64,000 nucleotides of DNA from Patescibacteria group bacterium (GCA_041652935.1 JBAZGH010000001.1:7393-71392), one strand, 5' to 3'. Positions 36,890 through 46,908 are shown, counted from the stretch's first letter. Notes: generated by a model not told the origin, from the sequence alone. Translations and numbers: made by a program.

Positions 36890-38491
36890 ATGCCAAAAAA
36901 TCGATTAAATCAAGTTGCAAAAATAACAATACTGACAATAATAGCCAGTTTTTTTATATTATTCAATAATGCCCGGGCGCAAGCGGATGAAAAAGAAGTT
37001 TTGCAAACAAAACAATATTTTATTAATTTAGATAAAGCGACTATAGCTAGGGGCTACACGGTAGCTGCCTATGAAAACCAGATAAAATTATCTTTAATAC
37101 CGGGAATATTGAATGAATCAACCGGCGTGGATGTTTGGGAATTGCACGAGCCCTTAAATGAGCCATGGCAGTTTAATAGGATAAGCGAAGTTTATCAGTT
37201 TGAATTCCGCAATAAAGCCGCCTACGACAACGAGAAACCATTTATTATCCAGCTAAAATATAATAGCGAGGACAATAATTTAAAGCAGGTTTACTATTTT
37301 GATAAAAACTATAATTCTTGGCGGCCGCTACCGACGCAAGATTATTTTGGCGAACAAATGGCTCGAGCTTATATCCATTTGCCATTTGCCAGAGTGGCGG
37401 TTTTTTCCAATCCGGACGTAATGGCTGTCGGTAATGCCAGTTGGTACGTTTATAAAAATGGGGATTTTGCGGCCTCGCCTGATTTTCCCAAAGGTTCAAT
37501 TTTAAAAGTAACTAATTTGGAGAATAATAAAACCATTGAGGTGGAAATAAACGATTGGGGTCCTGATAGGGCTATCCATCCCGACCGAGTAATTGATTTA
37601 GATAAACTGGCTTTTAAAAAAATAGCTAGTTTAGGAGATGGAATCGTAAGAGTTGGCGTTGAGCCGATTTACATACCGGAAGAAAACGGAAGTGTGCTTG
37701 GAATAAAAATAGACAGGATTAATGAAAATTTAGATATTAATTCCAAGGCTTTTATAGTCCAGGATATAAATTCGGGCGAGGTTATAATCGCCGGCAACGC
37801 GACTACAACTTTGCCCTTGGCCAGCTTGACTAAAATAGTAACCGCCAGCGTTTTTTTAGACACTAATCCTGATTTTAACAAAGTAATAACATATTCAGTC
37901 AAGGATGAAGAAAACAATTGGCCGTATTTGGAAAATAAATATGAATCAATGCGTCTGCAGATAGAGGACGGCGACCAGTTTACCGTTAAAGATGCATTTT
38001 TTTCCACACTGGTTAAATCAACTAATAATACGGCTGAAACTTTAGCGCGGATAAGCGGAATTCCGCGTGAAGATTTTATTAAGAAAATGAACGAAAAAGT
38101 CCATGAATGGGGCGCAACCAGCACTGTTTTTGTTGAGCCGTCCGGGCTGTCGCCGGAGAATGTGTCAACTGTCTCGGATTATGCTATAATAAGTAAAAAT
38201 GCGCTTAAGCATCCAAAGCTTCTTGAAGCAACTACTTTAAAGCGGTACGAATTTACAACCCTGAAGGATAAAAAGAAAGTTATACAAAGCAATACTAATG
38301 AGTTGCTTTATGACAGTTTTTATGTAACTGGGGGGAAGACAGGATATATAGATGAGGTGGGATATTGTTTGATGACTAAAATAAAAACAGGTAACTCTGA
38401 AATAATCGGAGTTTTATTAGGGGCTGATACCCGCGAACAAAGTTTTAATGAAATGAGGGATTTACTTAAGTATGCAAGTCGTAAAAAGTAA
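36890..38491 (+). CDS. Fusion protein: RlpA-like double-psi beta-barrel domain plus serine-type D-Ala-D-Ala carboxypeptidase (peptidase S11, PBP5/6-like)
   Basis: 533 aa. SWYVYKNGDFAASPDF...VEINDWGPD is an RlpA/DPBB domain. LASLTKIV is the SxxK motif and the KTG motif is KTGYIDEVG. Confidence 0.7.
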   Translation: MPKNRLNQVAKITILTIIASFFILFNNARAQADEKEVLQTKQYFINLDKATIARGYTVAAYENQIKLSLIPGILNESTGVDVWELHEPLNEPWQFNRISEVYQFEFRNKAAYDNEKPFIIQLKYNSEDNNLKQVYYFDKNYNSWRPLPTQDYFGEQMARAYIHLPFARVAVFSNPDVMAVGNASWYVYKNGDFAASPDFPKGSILKVTNLENNKTIEVEINDWGPDRAIHPDRVIDLDKLAFKKIASLGDGIVRVGVEPIYIPEENGSVLGIKIDRINENLDINSKAFIVQDINSGEVIIAGNATTTLPLASLTKIVTASVFLDTNPDFNKVITYSVKDEENNWPYLENKYESMRLQIEDGDQFTVKDAFFSTLVKSTNNTAETLARISGIPREDFIKKMNEKVHEWGATSTVFVEPSGLSPENVSTVSDYAIISKNALKHPKLLEATTLKRYEFTTLKDKKKVIQSNTNELLYDSFYVTGGKTGYIDEVGYCLMTKIKTGNSEIIGVLLGADTREQSFNEMRDLLKYASRKK

Positions 38492-38647
38492 CACGAAACT
38501 GCGAAAATATGCGAATATAACGAAAAAAAATTTTCACGAAAAATTTTTGTGGCATTCGCATTAATCTATAGAAATTTTAATCCGTATAATGAATTCGTGT
38601 TAATGGTTCGTTAACCTTTTTAAATAGCGCTAAGATAATTAAACATT

Positions 38648-39328
38648 ATGATAAGTTTTGAAAACGTCAGCAAGCATTACCCACCCAGCACAAAGGCGCT
38701 GGATGGCTTTAGCTTGGAAATTAAGCCGGGGGAATTCGTATCCATAGTCGGCCAGTCGGGAACCGGAAAAACCACTATGGTAAAATTATTAATCGGAGAA
38801 GAAAGGGCTACCAAAGGAAGAATCGCCATAGGCGATTGGGATATTACCAGAATCAAGCAGCGCGAGGTGCCTTATTTGCGCCGCCAAATAGGAGTTATTT
38901 TCCAGGATTTTAAATTGTTGCCGCAAAAAACCCTATTGGAAAATGTTGCGTTTGCCATGCAAGTTTGCGGGCATCCGCCAAGCGAAATAAGCGCTAAGGT
39001 GCCGCAAATTTTAAAATTAGTCGGGCTCGAGAGAAAGGGGCACCGCTATCCCCATGAAGTTTCCGGCGGAGAGCAGCAGCGGGTCGTTATCGCCCGTTCG
39101 CTGATACACCATCCGAAAATATTATTGGCTGATGAGCCGACTGGAAATTTAGATTCAATTAACGCGGCTGATATTATAAATTTACTGGAAAAAATAAATA
39201 AATTCGGCACTACGGTTATTTTAGTCACCCATAACAAAGAAATAGTAAACAGCTTGCGCCGCCGGGTAGTTACAATAGATGGCGGCCGAGTTATAAGTGA
39301 TCAAAAAGTAGGGAAGTATATCCTTTAA
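38648..39328 (+). CDS. ftsE: Cell division ATP-binding protein FtsE
   Basis: 226 aa. Walker A is GQSGTGKTT and the signature is VSGGEQQR. Confidence 0.8.
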   Translation: MISFENVSKHYPPSTKALDGFSLEIKPGEFVSIVGQSGTGKTTMVKLLIGEERATKGRIAIGDWDITRIKQREVPYLRRQIGVIFQDFKLLPQKTLLENVAFAMQVCGHPPSEISAKVPQILKLVGLERKGHRYPHEVSGGEQQRVVIARSLIHHPKILLADEPTGNLDSINAADIINLLEKINKFGTTVILVTHNKEIVNSLRRRVVTIDGGRVISDQKVGKYIL

Positions 39329-39467
39329 AAAATAATTCAAATCTATAAATTATATGCAAATACTACAATTAAATTATTTGCATCCATTTGTATACATATA
39401 AATTCGTGCAACATATTTGAATTAACGGTTTGACCTCCATGTAAATAAGTATAACTTAATTTGAACT

Positions 39468-40385
39468 ATGATTTTAATATCATTATCAAGAATTTTAAAA
39501 TTTGCCGTCCAGGACTTTATCCGCAATTTTTGGATTTCCATTGTGACGGTTACTATTTTAATTTTGTCCTTGTTTTCAATAAATTTTTTAATTGTAGCCG
39601 GAGTTATCAGCGAAGCCGCTATTAAAACTGTTGAACAGAAAATTGATTTAAGTTTGTATTTATCTCCAGCAGCGGCCGAGGAAGACATTAGCGCGCTAAA
39701 GAAGGAATTGGAAAATTTAGACGGAGTTGCCGAGGTTGAATACATATCAAAAACGCAGGCGCTGGAAGCTTTCCAGCAGAAGCATAAAGACAATGCCGAA
39801 GTGCAGGATGCATTAAGGGAAATAGGGGATAATCCGCTGAACCCAAGTTTTGTTGTGCAGGCAAAACTTTTATCTGATTATGAGGCAATAATTAATTCGC
39901 TTGATAAATTAAGCAAGCACACGATAATAGAAAGCAGGAATTTTGACAACCATAAAATTCTGCTAGAGAGCATGAGCAATATTACCGTTAAAACCAGGCA
40001 GGCGGGGATGCTTATCAGTTTTATTTTTGTAGTAATTACCATACTAGTCGTTTTTAACGCCATTAGAATCGCCATCTATACCCATAAAAAAGAAATTAGG
40101 ATAATGAAACTGGTTGGGGCAAGCGATTGGTTTATACGCGCCCCATTTTTGGTTGAGGGCATAATATATGCTTTTATCGGAGTTATTTGCATAATTGCAT
40201 TGTTTTACCCATTTATCCATCTGTTGCAGCCGTATTTAACTACTTTCTTTAACGCCAACGATTTAAATTTATTGGATTATTTTAATAGTAATTTTATCTT
40301 AATTTTTGGCTCTCAATTTTTAGTTGCTGGATTAATTAATATAATCGCCAGCTTATGGGCGATGAGAAATCATTTAAGAGTTTAA
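39468..40385 (+). CDS. ftsX: Cell division permease FtsX
   Basis: 305 aa. It has a transmembrane segment, a periplasmic domain and three transmembrane helices. It follows ftsE. Confidence 0.75.
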   Translation: MILISLSRILKFAVQDFIRNFWISIVTVTILILSLFSINFLIVAGVISEAAIKTVEQKIDLSLYLSPAAAEEDISALKKELENLDGVAEVEYISKTQALEAFQQKHKDNAEVQDALREIGDNPLNPSFVVQAKLLSDYEAIINSLDKLSKHTIIESRNFDNHKILLESMSNITVKTRQAGMLISFIFVVITILVVFNAIRIAIYTHKKEIRIMKLVGASDWFIRAPFLVEGIIYAFIGVICIIALFYPFIHLLQPYLTTFFNANDLNLLDYFNSNFILIFGSQFLVAGLINIIASLWAMRNHLRV

Positions 40386-40402
40386 TAATAAAATATTATT
40401 TT

Positions 40403-41383
40403 ATGAAATACGATTTAGTTTCAATTGGAGGCGCGGTAGAAGATATAACTTTTTATCCTGATAACGCTATTTTAGTTGATAATAAGCAGGATATCCTAAG
40501 GCAGAAACTGCTTGCTTTTGAATATGGGGCAAAGATAAGGGTTAAAGAGGCGCATTCAACCTTCGGCGGCGGCGCGGCTAATGTTTCAGTTTCAGCCAGA
40601 AGTTTAGGGCTTAAGTCCGCCTGCGTTTGCGCGGTCGGAGATGATTATCGGGGAAAATCAATAATAAAAAATTTAAAAGAGAAGAAAGTTGATGTTAAAT
40701 TTATCCAAAGAATAAAAGGCGATATGAGCGGTTTTTCTTTTTTATTAGTTGGTCCGGGAAATGAACACGTAATTTTTTCCCATCGGGCGGCTAATTCAAA
40801 AATGGAAGTTTCTAATAATATTTTAAAAAAAATCAACAGCCGATGGCTTTACATAACATCACTGTCTGGAGAATGGCATCCGATTCTAAATAATATATTC
40901 AAGCACCACAACCGGTTTAAAATCGCCTGGAATCCCGGCTACATCCAGCTGACCGAAGGCATCGGTTTAATGAAAAAGTTTTTAAAATATACCGAAGTCA
41001 TAAATTTAAACGAAGATGAGGCAATTGAATTCGTGGCGTCCTGCCGCAAAGCCATGAAGGGGCGGGACCAAAGCCGGAAATTTTTAAGCAACGTTAAGAA
41101 TTTATTGGAAGTGATAAAAAGCTATGGGCCGAGTATTGTAATGATAACTAGGGGGAGAAAGGGAGCGGATGCTTATGACGGAAAAAATTTCTATCACATA
41201 AATATAAAAAAAGAAGCCAGGCGGGTTGATACTACTGGAGTCGGAGACGCTTTTGGCTCAGCTTTTGTGTCCGGGCTGGAAATTTATGGGGAAGACATAG
41301 AAAGAGCGATGGATCTTGGAATAAGAAATTCCGCCTCGGTTATAGCGGAAAAGGGGGCGCAGAATGGATTGTTAAAGTTGTAA
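40403..41383 (+). CDS. PfkB-family carbohydrate/ribokinase-like kinase
   Basis: MKYDLVSIGGAVEDI matches the N-terminal GG motif, and DTTGVGDAF the C-terminal motif. The start is moved from 40355 to 40403 to avoid overlap with ftsX. Confidence 0.65.
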   Translation: MKYDLVSIGGAVEDITFYPDNAILVDNKQDILRQKLLAFEYGAKIRVKEAHSTFGGGAANVSVSARSLGLKSACVCAVGDDYRGKSIIKNLKEKKVDVKFIQRIKGDMSGFSFLLVGPGNEHVIFSHRAANSKMEVSNNILKKINSRWLYITSLSGEWHPILNNIFKHHNRFKIAWNPGYIQLTEGIGLMKKFLKYTEVINLNEDEAIEFVASCRKAMKGRDQSRKFLSNVKNLLEVIKSYGPSIVMITRGRKGADAYDGKNFYHINIKKEARRVDTTGVGDAFGSAFVSGLEIYGEDIERAMDLGIRNSASVIAEKGAQNGLLKL

Positions 41384-41385
41384 AT

Positions 41386-41955
41386 ATGAAAATAAAAATA
41401 GAAGTATCAGGGAGGCATATTCATTTATCAAGCAATGATTTAAATAAGTTATTTGGCAGTGATTATGAATTACAAAAATTGCGTGATTTATCACAGCCAG
41501 GAGAATTTGCCTGTGAAGAAAAAGTTTTATTGCGTAACGGCAATAATGAAATAGCGGTTAGAATTATTGGTCCGGCGCGAGGCATTACTCAAATTGAAAT
41601 TTCGCAAAAAGACGCTGCAGAATTAAATATAAATCCACCCCGCAGAATGTCGGGGGATTTACGCGGCAGCGCGGGTATAAAAATTATTGGACCAAAAGAT
41701 GGGGTTGATTTAATAAAGGGCGTAATTTTATCCCAAAGGCATATTCATTTAGATAAGGGATCAGCTAAAAAATTAAATTTAAGTGATAACCAAAAAGTTG
41801 ATGTGCGAGTTGATAATCAAAAAAGTTATGTATTTAAGGATGTTTTAGTGCGGGTGGGAGAAAAATATAAGCCAGCCCTGCATATTGATACCGATGATGC
41901 CGTAGAAGCTGATATAAAAAGAGGAGAAGTAACGGGGGGCACAATATTGCAATAA
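41386..41955 (+). CDS. PduL-type phosphate acyltransferase (phosphotransacetylase-like)
   Basis: 189 aa. Two PduL repeats each carry an RHIHL motif (VSGRHIHLS and SQRHIHLD). Confidence 0.55.
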   Translation: MKIKIEVSGRHIHLSSNDLNKLFGSDYELQKLRDLSQPGEFACEEKVLLRNGNNEIAVRIIGPARGITQIEISQKDAAELNINPPRRMSGDLRGSAGIKIIGPKDGVDLIKGVILSQRHIHLDKGSAKKLNLSDNQKVDVRVDNQKSYVFKDVLVRVGEKYKPALHIDTDDAVEADIKRGEVTGGTILQ

Positions 41956-41987
41956 TCAATTTTTTATGTTAAATTATATTACTAATT

Positions 41988-42014
41988 AAGCTGGTTTATT
42001 TACCAGCTTTTTTA
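41988..42014 (+). terminator. Rho-independent terminator
   Basis: The stem AAGCTGGT/ACCAGCTT with loop TTATTT is followed by TTTTT. Confidence 0.7.
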
Positions 42015-42038
42015 CTCCTACAAACCTACAAATACAAC

Positions 42039-42710
42039 ATGACTGTTTATATAATAATTCCAACATATAATGAAGAGAAAAGCATCAGAGCGGTTATTAA
42101 AGACATAAAAAATAGTTTCAATGAAGCCAGGATTATTATCGTTGATGATGCATCTGATGACCAGACGGTTGCCTTTGCACAAAATTTACCTATTGCCATA
42201 ATTTTACAACACGCTGTAAACAGGGGGCAGGGAGCGGCTTTAAAAACCGGTACCGAATGCGCTATAATAGAGGGAGCGGATATTATTGTACATTTTGACG
42301 CTGACGGGCAGTTTTTGGCTGATGAAATTAAAGATATGACAGCGCCCATAGTTAATGGGCAAGCAGATATTGTTTTTGGCTCGCGTTTCCTAGATAAAAA
42401 ATCAAGCATGCCATGGTTGAAAAAAAATATAATAATGCCCTTAGCGCGCTTAATTAATAAAATATTTTTTAATGTTCAATTATCTGATCCGCAGGCCGGC
42501 TTCCGCGCTTTTTCGCGAGAAGCTTATAAAAAAATAGAATGGCAACAGGATAGGATGGCGCACTGTTCGGAAATTATGCGCAATGCTTTCAAAAATAAAT
42601 TACGAATAAAAGAAGTTCCAATAACTGTGATCTATAAAGATTTCGGCCAAAAATTTTCCGGAGGATTTAGAATTTTAAAAGATATGTTTATTGGGAGGTT
42701 TACACGATAA
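42039..42710 (+). CDS. Family 2 glycosyltransferase (polyprenyl-phosphate sugar synthase-like)
   Basis: 223 aa. It has VYIIIPTYNEEKSI and a D.D motif. Confidence 0.75.
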   Translation: MTVYIIIPTYNEEKSIRAVIKDIKNSFNEARIIIVDDASDDQTVAFAQNLPIAIILQHAVNRGQGAALKTGTECAIIEGADIIVHFDADGQFLADEIKDMTAPIVNGQADIVFGSRFLDKKSSMPWLKKNIIMPLARLINKIFFNVQLSDPQAGFRAFSREAYKKIEWQQDRMAHCSEIMRNAFKNKLRIKEVPITVIYKDFGQKFSGGFRILKDMFIGRFTR

Positions 42711-42872
42711 CGCCCTCACCCCTAACCCCTCTCCCAAAGGGAGAGGGGGAAAATGTCAATTTAACTTTATTTATAATTTTATTAAATAATATAAAATAAA
42801 TAAACTCCAAAATTATTTCTGTTATGACGAGAGGGAACTCCCTCTCCTCGTGGGAGAGGGTTGGGGTGAGGG
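42711..42872. mobile_element. MITE-like element of 162 bp with imperfect GC-rich terminal inverted repeats and an AT-rich core
   Basis: The left end CCCTCACCCCTAACCCCTCTCCC-AAA-GGGAGAGGGGG and the right end CCCTCTCC-TCGTG-GGAGAGGG-TTGGGGTGAGGG are reverse complements of each other. Each contains a local hairpin. Confidence 0.6.
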
Positions 42873-42877
42873 AATAT

Positions 42878-43213
42878 ATGTTCACTCAACAAATCATCGG
42901 TCTGATAATTATCGCTTATTTTTTAATCAGACTTTACTTACAGAAAAAACAAAAACAAATTAACGCTAATGAATTTTATTTTTGGTTAATTTTTTGGATA
43001 ATAGCCGGAGCGGCTGTTTTGCTTTTAAAGCAGATTGATTTGTTGGTTCGTAATTTAGGATTTACCGCTTCCGGAATTGACGTATTATTATATTTAGCGG
43101 TGGTCACGCTATTTTATTTTGTATTCCGCTTGCGCATTCGAATGGCGAGAATAGAACATAATATTACAAGGGTTGTGAGGGAAATGGCTATTAAAAACAA
43201 GAATTATGAATAA
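42878..43213 (+). CDS. Small membrane protein (DUF2304-like) located between two GT2 genes
   Basis: The ORF track starts at 42824, inside the repeat. An internal ATG at 42878 (MFTQQIIGL...) gives a 111-aa protein with three transmembrane segments. Confidence 0.5.
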   Translation: MFTQQIIGLIIIAYFLIRLYLQKKQKQINANEFYFWLIFWIIAGAAVLLLKQIDLLVRNLGFTASGIDVLLYLAVVTLFYFVFRLRIRMARIEHNITRVVREMAIKNKNYE

Positions 43214-43219
43214 GGAATT

Positions 43220-44281
43220 ATGAATCAGGCATTGAAAATAGGAATAATAATTGTTAACTATAAGGATTATGCCCAGCGGTTCTTATATGATTGCATAGAG
43301 ACCTTACGCAAACAGGAAGGAGAAAATTTAGATTGTCAATTATATATAATTGACAATTCTTCATCTGAAGAAACAAGAGAATATTTAAAAAAACAGGCGC
43401 CGGAGGCAAAGATTATTCCGCGCTCGGACGGAAATTATAGCGCGGCTAATGGGGCGGGAATTGAACAAGCGGGGCAGAATGGCTGTGAATATTTTGTTAT
43501 AGTCAATATGGATGTTGTTTTTAATAAAAATTGGCTAAGTGAATTAGTAAAAGCAGTTAACAGCGATGAACAAGTTGGGATAGCACAATCAAAAGTGATG
43601 CTATGGCCGGAAAAAGATAAAATAAATAGCGTTGGCAATGTTATTAATTTTTTAGGATTTGGGTTTACTCAAGGATATAGAGAAAAAAATAAAGAAATTG
43701 AAGAAATTGAAGAAATTAAGGGTTATGCATCTGGCTGTTCAATGATAATTAAGCTAGAGGTGATAGAGAAAATAGGTAATTATGACTCAGAGTATTATAT
43801 GTATCATGATGATGTAGAATTGGGCTGGCGGACTAAATTAGCTGGTTACAAAATTGTTTTAGCGCCAAAATCAGTTGTTTATCATAAATATGAATTTAGT
43901 CGCTCAGTTCGTATGCTGTACTATATGGAGCGTAACCGCTATATAGCTATTCTCTCTTTTTATAAATTGCCAACAATTTTATTAGTTTTGCCACCGTTAG
44001 TTATTATGGATTTAGGCATGTTGGCCTATTCAATAATTAACGGCTGGTTTGGCACAAAATTAAAAGTTTATTTATATTTTTTACAGCCAAAAAATTGGCA
44101 GCATATTTTTCAGGTGCGTCAGCAAGTTAAAAAATTTCGACAAGTTTCTGATCGTGTTATAATTAAAAATATTGCCGGTATAATTGATCATCAGGAAATA
44201 ATGAATCCAGTGTTGAAATATATAGTTAATCCAGTATTTAATTTATATTGGAAATTTATAAGGGTGTTTATTGTTTGGTAA
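43220..44281 (+). CDS. Family 2 glycosyltransferase
   Basis: 353 aa. It has IGIIIVNYKD, a DXD-like motif (HDDVE) and a C-terminal transmembrane region. Confidence 0.75.
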   Translation: MNQALKIGIIIVNYKDYAQRFLYDCIETLRKQEGENLDCQLYIIDNSSSEETREYLKKQAPEAKIIPRSDGNYSAANGAGIEQAGQNGCEYFVIVNMDVVFNKNWLSELVKAVNSDEQVGIAQSKVMLWPEKDKINSVGNVINFLGFGFTQGYREKNKEIEEIEEIKGYASGCSMIIKLEVIEKIGNYDSEYYMYHDDVELGWRTKLAGYKIVLAPKSVVYHKYEFSRSVRMLYYMERNRYIAILSFYKLPTILLVLPPLVIMDLGMLAYSIINGWFGTKLKVYLYFLQPKNWQHIFQVRQQVKKFRQVSDRVIIKNIAGIIDHQEIMNPVLKYIVNPVFNLYWKFIRVFIVW

Positions 44282-44284
44282 ATC

Positions 44285-44393
44285 ATCATTTGTCATTCTG
44301 AGCGAAGCGAAGAATCTGTTTGCGTGAATAAGAAAATATTATAAATCCTTCGTCGTTTCGCTAACACTCCACTTCTCAGGATGACAAAAAGAG
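44285..44393. repeat. Imperfect inverted repeat of about 110 nt (TTTGTCATTCTGAGCGAAGCGAAG ... CTTCGTCGTTTCGC..CTCAGGATGACAAA) that embeds the start codon of the next gene
   Basis: Read directly. It shares the GTCATT(C/T)TGAG motif with the hairpin at 63772-63810. Confidence 0.5.
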
Positions 44394-44809
44394 ACATTAT
44401 GCTTAAATTTTTAAAACTATTATTAATATTTTCCTGGATGCTGATGATATTTATTAGTTCGCATATTTCTGCTCCGCCGGAAGATTTAACATATCAAAAA
44501 AAACTAATTGATTATACTTATGATAAAAGCATGCACTTGATTTTATACGGCATGCTGGCTTGGCTAATTGTTTATTTTTTGCGCGAGTTTAAAATAAAAT
44601 ACCGCTATATTTTCTATATCGCGGTTATTACAGCTTATTTATATGGTATTACCGACGAATGGCATCAAAGTTTTGTGCCGGGCAGGGGAGTGAGCTATTG
44701 GGATCTTGTTTTTAATGTTATCGGCGCAATGTTCGGCTTTATTGTTTATCGCCTATGGCACGTAGTTAAATATAAGCGTGGTTGGCATGCTAAGCATTTA
44801 CATGAATGA
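44381..44809 (+). CDS. VanZ-like family membrane protein
   Basis: 142 aa. YDKSMHLILYGMLAWL and ITDEWHQSFVPGRGVSYWDLVFNVIGA match the conserved VanZ motifs. Confidence 0.55.
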   Translation: MTKRDIMLKFLKLLLIFSWMLMIFISSHISAPPEDLTYQKKLIDYTYDKSMHLILYGMLAWLIVYFLREFKIKYRYIFYIAVITAYLYGITDEWHQSFVPGRGVSYWDLVFNVIGAMFGFIVYRLWHVVKYKRGWHAKHLHE

Positions 44810-44894
44810 AATTTTTTTGAGATTTTGTCAATATGTGGCTAAAAATAGTCAATATGATATACTAAAAATGACTATAATTTTAAATTAATTTTTT

Positions 44895-45938
44895 ATGAAT
44901 ATAGAACAATATTTCAAAATAGCCATTGAAAAAGGAGCGGCTGACCTGCATTTGGTCGGCGGGTCGGTTTCAACATTAAGAATAGGCGAACAATTAATTC
45001 CCATTAGCGAGGAACCGTTAGACAATAAAGAACTTCAGGGGGCGGCTTTGGGGTTATTAGATGAAAATCAAAAAAATCATTTTTTAGAAAAAAAAGAGTT
45101 GGATTTCGGCAAAGAAATTTTAGGCCAGCGCTTCAGGATAAATTTGCATTTTCAGGAAAGTAAAATTGGTTTAACGGCCAGAGTAATAGCAAAAAAGATT
45201 CCGGCCCCGGATAAGCTTGGTTTTACAGACATATTATACGGCCTAACGCATTTGCGCGACGGGCTTATTTTAGTTGTGGGGACTTCCGGTAGCGGAAAAA
45301 GCTCGACTTTAGCGGCTATGATAGATATTATAAACACCGAGCGCAAGGCGCACATTATAACAATTGAAGACCCGATTGAATATATGTTCCGGGAAAAGCA
45401 GAGCATTATTGAGCAGCGGGAGCTGGGAGTAGACACGAAATCTTTTGCTGACGCTTTAAAATCAGCTTTGCGGCAGGACCCGAATGTTATTATGGTGGGT
45501 GAAATGCGGGATCAGGAAACAATCGCCGGCGCTTTAACAGCGGCCGAAACAGGACATTTGGTTATATCCACCCTACACACCTCAAACGCTCCGGAAACAA
45601 TCCAGCGCATAGTTGACTCTTATCCGGCTGATAAAAGAAACCAAATTTTAAATCAGCTGGCATCTAATTTGCGGGCGGTTATTGCTCAAGAATTACTACC
45701 AACCAAAGAAGGCGGGCGAGTGGCGGTTCGTGAAATAATGATAAATAATTCCGCAATTGCCAATTTAATAAAAAATAATGATATGGCGCAGATATTATCC
45801 GCTATCCAGACCGGCGGGGGAGACGGCATGACAACCATGAACCAGTCAATTGATAAGTTATTAGCCGCTGGTATTATTGACCAAAAGGTAGCTGAAAACA
45901 GAAAAAGGGATTTAGAGACAAAGTCAGTTTACTATTAA
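44895..45938 (+). CDS. pilT: Type IV pilus retraction ATPase PilT
   Basis: 347 aa. Walker A is GTSGSGKSS, followed by Asp-box and His-box motifs. The length is typical of PilT. Confidence 0.75.
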   Translation: MNIEQYFKIAIEKGAADLHLVGGSVSTLRIGEQLIPISEEPLDNKELQGAALGLLDENQKNHFLEKKELDFGKEILGQRFRINLHFQESKIGLTARVIAKKIPAPDKLGFTDILYGLTHLRDGLILVVGTSGSGKSSTLAAMIDIINTERKAHIITIEDPIEYMFREKQSIIEQRELGVDTKSFADALKSALRQDPNVIMVGEMRDQETIAGALTAAETGHLVISTLHTSNAPETIQRIVDSYPADKRNQILNQLASNLRAVIAQELLPTKEGGRVAVREIMINNSAIANLIKNNDMAQILSAIQTGGGDGMTTMNQSIDKLLAAGIIDQKVAENRKRDLETKSVYY

Positions 45939-46040
45939 AAATATAATGCAAATCCTCAAATTTATTCAAATGCTTCAAATGATTTTTATGCGAATATTAT
46001 ATTTGTGGCTATTTGGGGCATTTGCATTTAATTTGTAGAT

Positions 46041-46391
46041 TTGAATTATATTATGCAAATAGAAAAATGGGAAAACATCAAAGGAATGATAAAAGACCAG
46101 TTTGAAGTTGAAGACGAGGGCAAGGAGGAATTGGAGGACGCTCCGAATAGTACCATGGAATTTATTATTTTTAATGGGCCGCTAGGCAAAATAAAGCTGG
46201 AATACATCGTTAAACCGGTGGTGCTGGATAAAAAAACAATCGGTTCTCGTCGAATCGGTTCGGAAACCACAGTGGAGTATATTTACAGCGATGATGAATT
46301 TTCCAATACTTTCAAAGCTTATAAATGGGATGATGACCGAGATGATTGGGTGGAAATGGAAAGGGAGAGGGCAAGCGCGTTTATGGCGTAA
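46041..46391 (+). CDS. Hypothetical acidic protein
   Basis: 116 aa. No recognisable family. Confidence 0.35.
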   Translation: MNYIMQIEKWENIKGMIKDQFEVEDEGKEELEDAPNSTMEFIIFNGPLGKIKLEYIVKPVVLDKKTIGSRRIGSETTVEYIYSDDEFSNTFKAYKWDDDRDDWVEMERERASAFMA

Positions 46392-46441
46392 TTCATAAAA
46401 AATTAAACAGAAATTTAACAATAATTAAACAATAATTTTTT

Positions 46442-46885
46442 ATGAGAGCAGTAGTACAAAGGGTAAAAGAATCCAGAGCTAAAATAGACGAGGAAATTAT
46501 TGGAGAAATTAATCAAGGGTTGCTAGTCCTGTTAGCAGTCCATAAAGACGACACGGAAAAAGATATAGTGTGGATGGCGAAAAAGATAGCGCAGTTGCGG
46601 ATATTTGGTGATGAAGATTGTAAAATGAATAAATCCGTAAAAGACACTGGCGGAGAGATTCTTATTGTTTCACAGTTTACATTATACGGCGACTGTGGAA
46701 GAGGAAATAGGCCAAGTTTCATTACCAGCGCCCGGCCGGAAAAGGCAAAAGAGTTTTATGAAAAATTTTTGGAACAAATCCGTTCTGCCGGCATCAAAGT
46801 TGCCACCGGAAAATTTCAGGAACATATGGAATTGGAATTAATAAATGACGGACCGACCACGATAATTATTGACAGCCATCAGTAG
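46442..46885 (+). CDS. dtd: D-aminoacyl-tRNA deacylase
   Basis: 147 aa. It has MRAVVQRV...GLLVLL...SQFTLYGD...GNRPSF. Confidence 0.85.
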   Translation: MRAVVQRVKESRAKIDEEIIGEINQGLLVLLAVHKDDTEKDIVWMAKKIAQLRIFGDEDCKMNKSVKDTGGEILIVSQFTLYGDCGRGNRPSFITSARPEKAKEFYEKFLEQIRSAGIKVATGKFQEHMELELINDGPTTIIIDSHQ

Positions 46886-46908
46886 AGACGTGGCACTGCC
46901 ACGTCTCT
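46884..46908 (+). terminator. Perfect 10-bp stem-loop overlapping the dtd stop codon. No T-tract follows.
   Basis: AGAGACGTGG-cactg-CCACGTCTCT. Confidence 0.35.

Noticed and set aside
42824-42877. The first 18 codons of the 42824-43213 ORF (MTRGNSLSSWERVGVREY).
   Set aside because: They are encoded by the right terminal inverted repeat of the MITE-like element. The real start is more likely the ATG at 42878.
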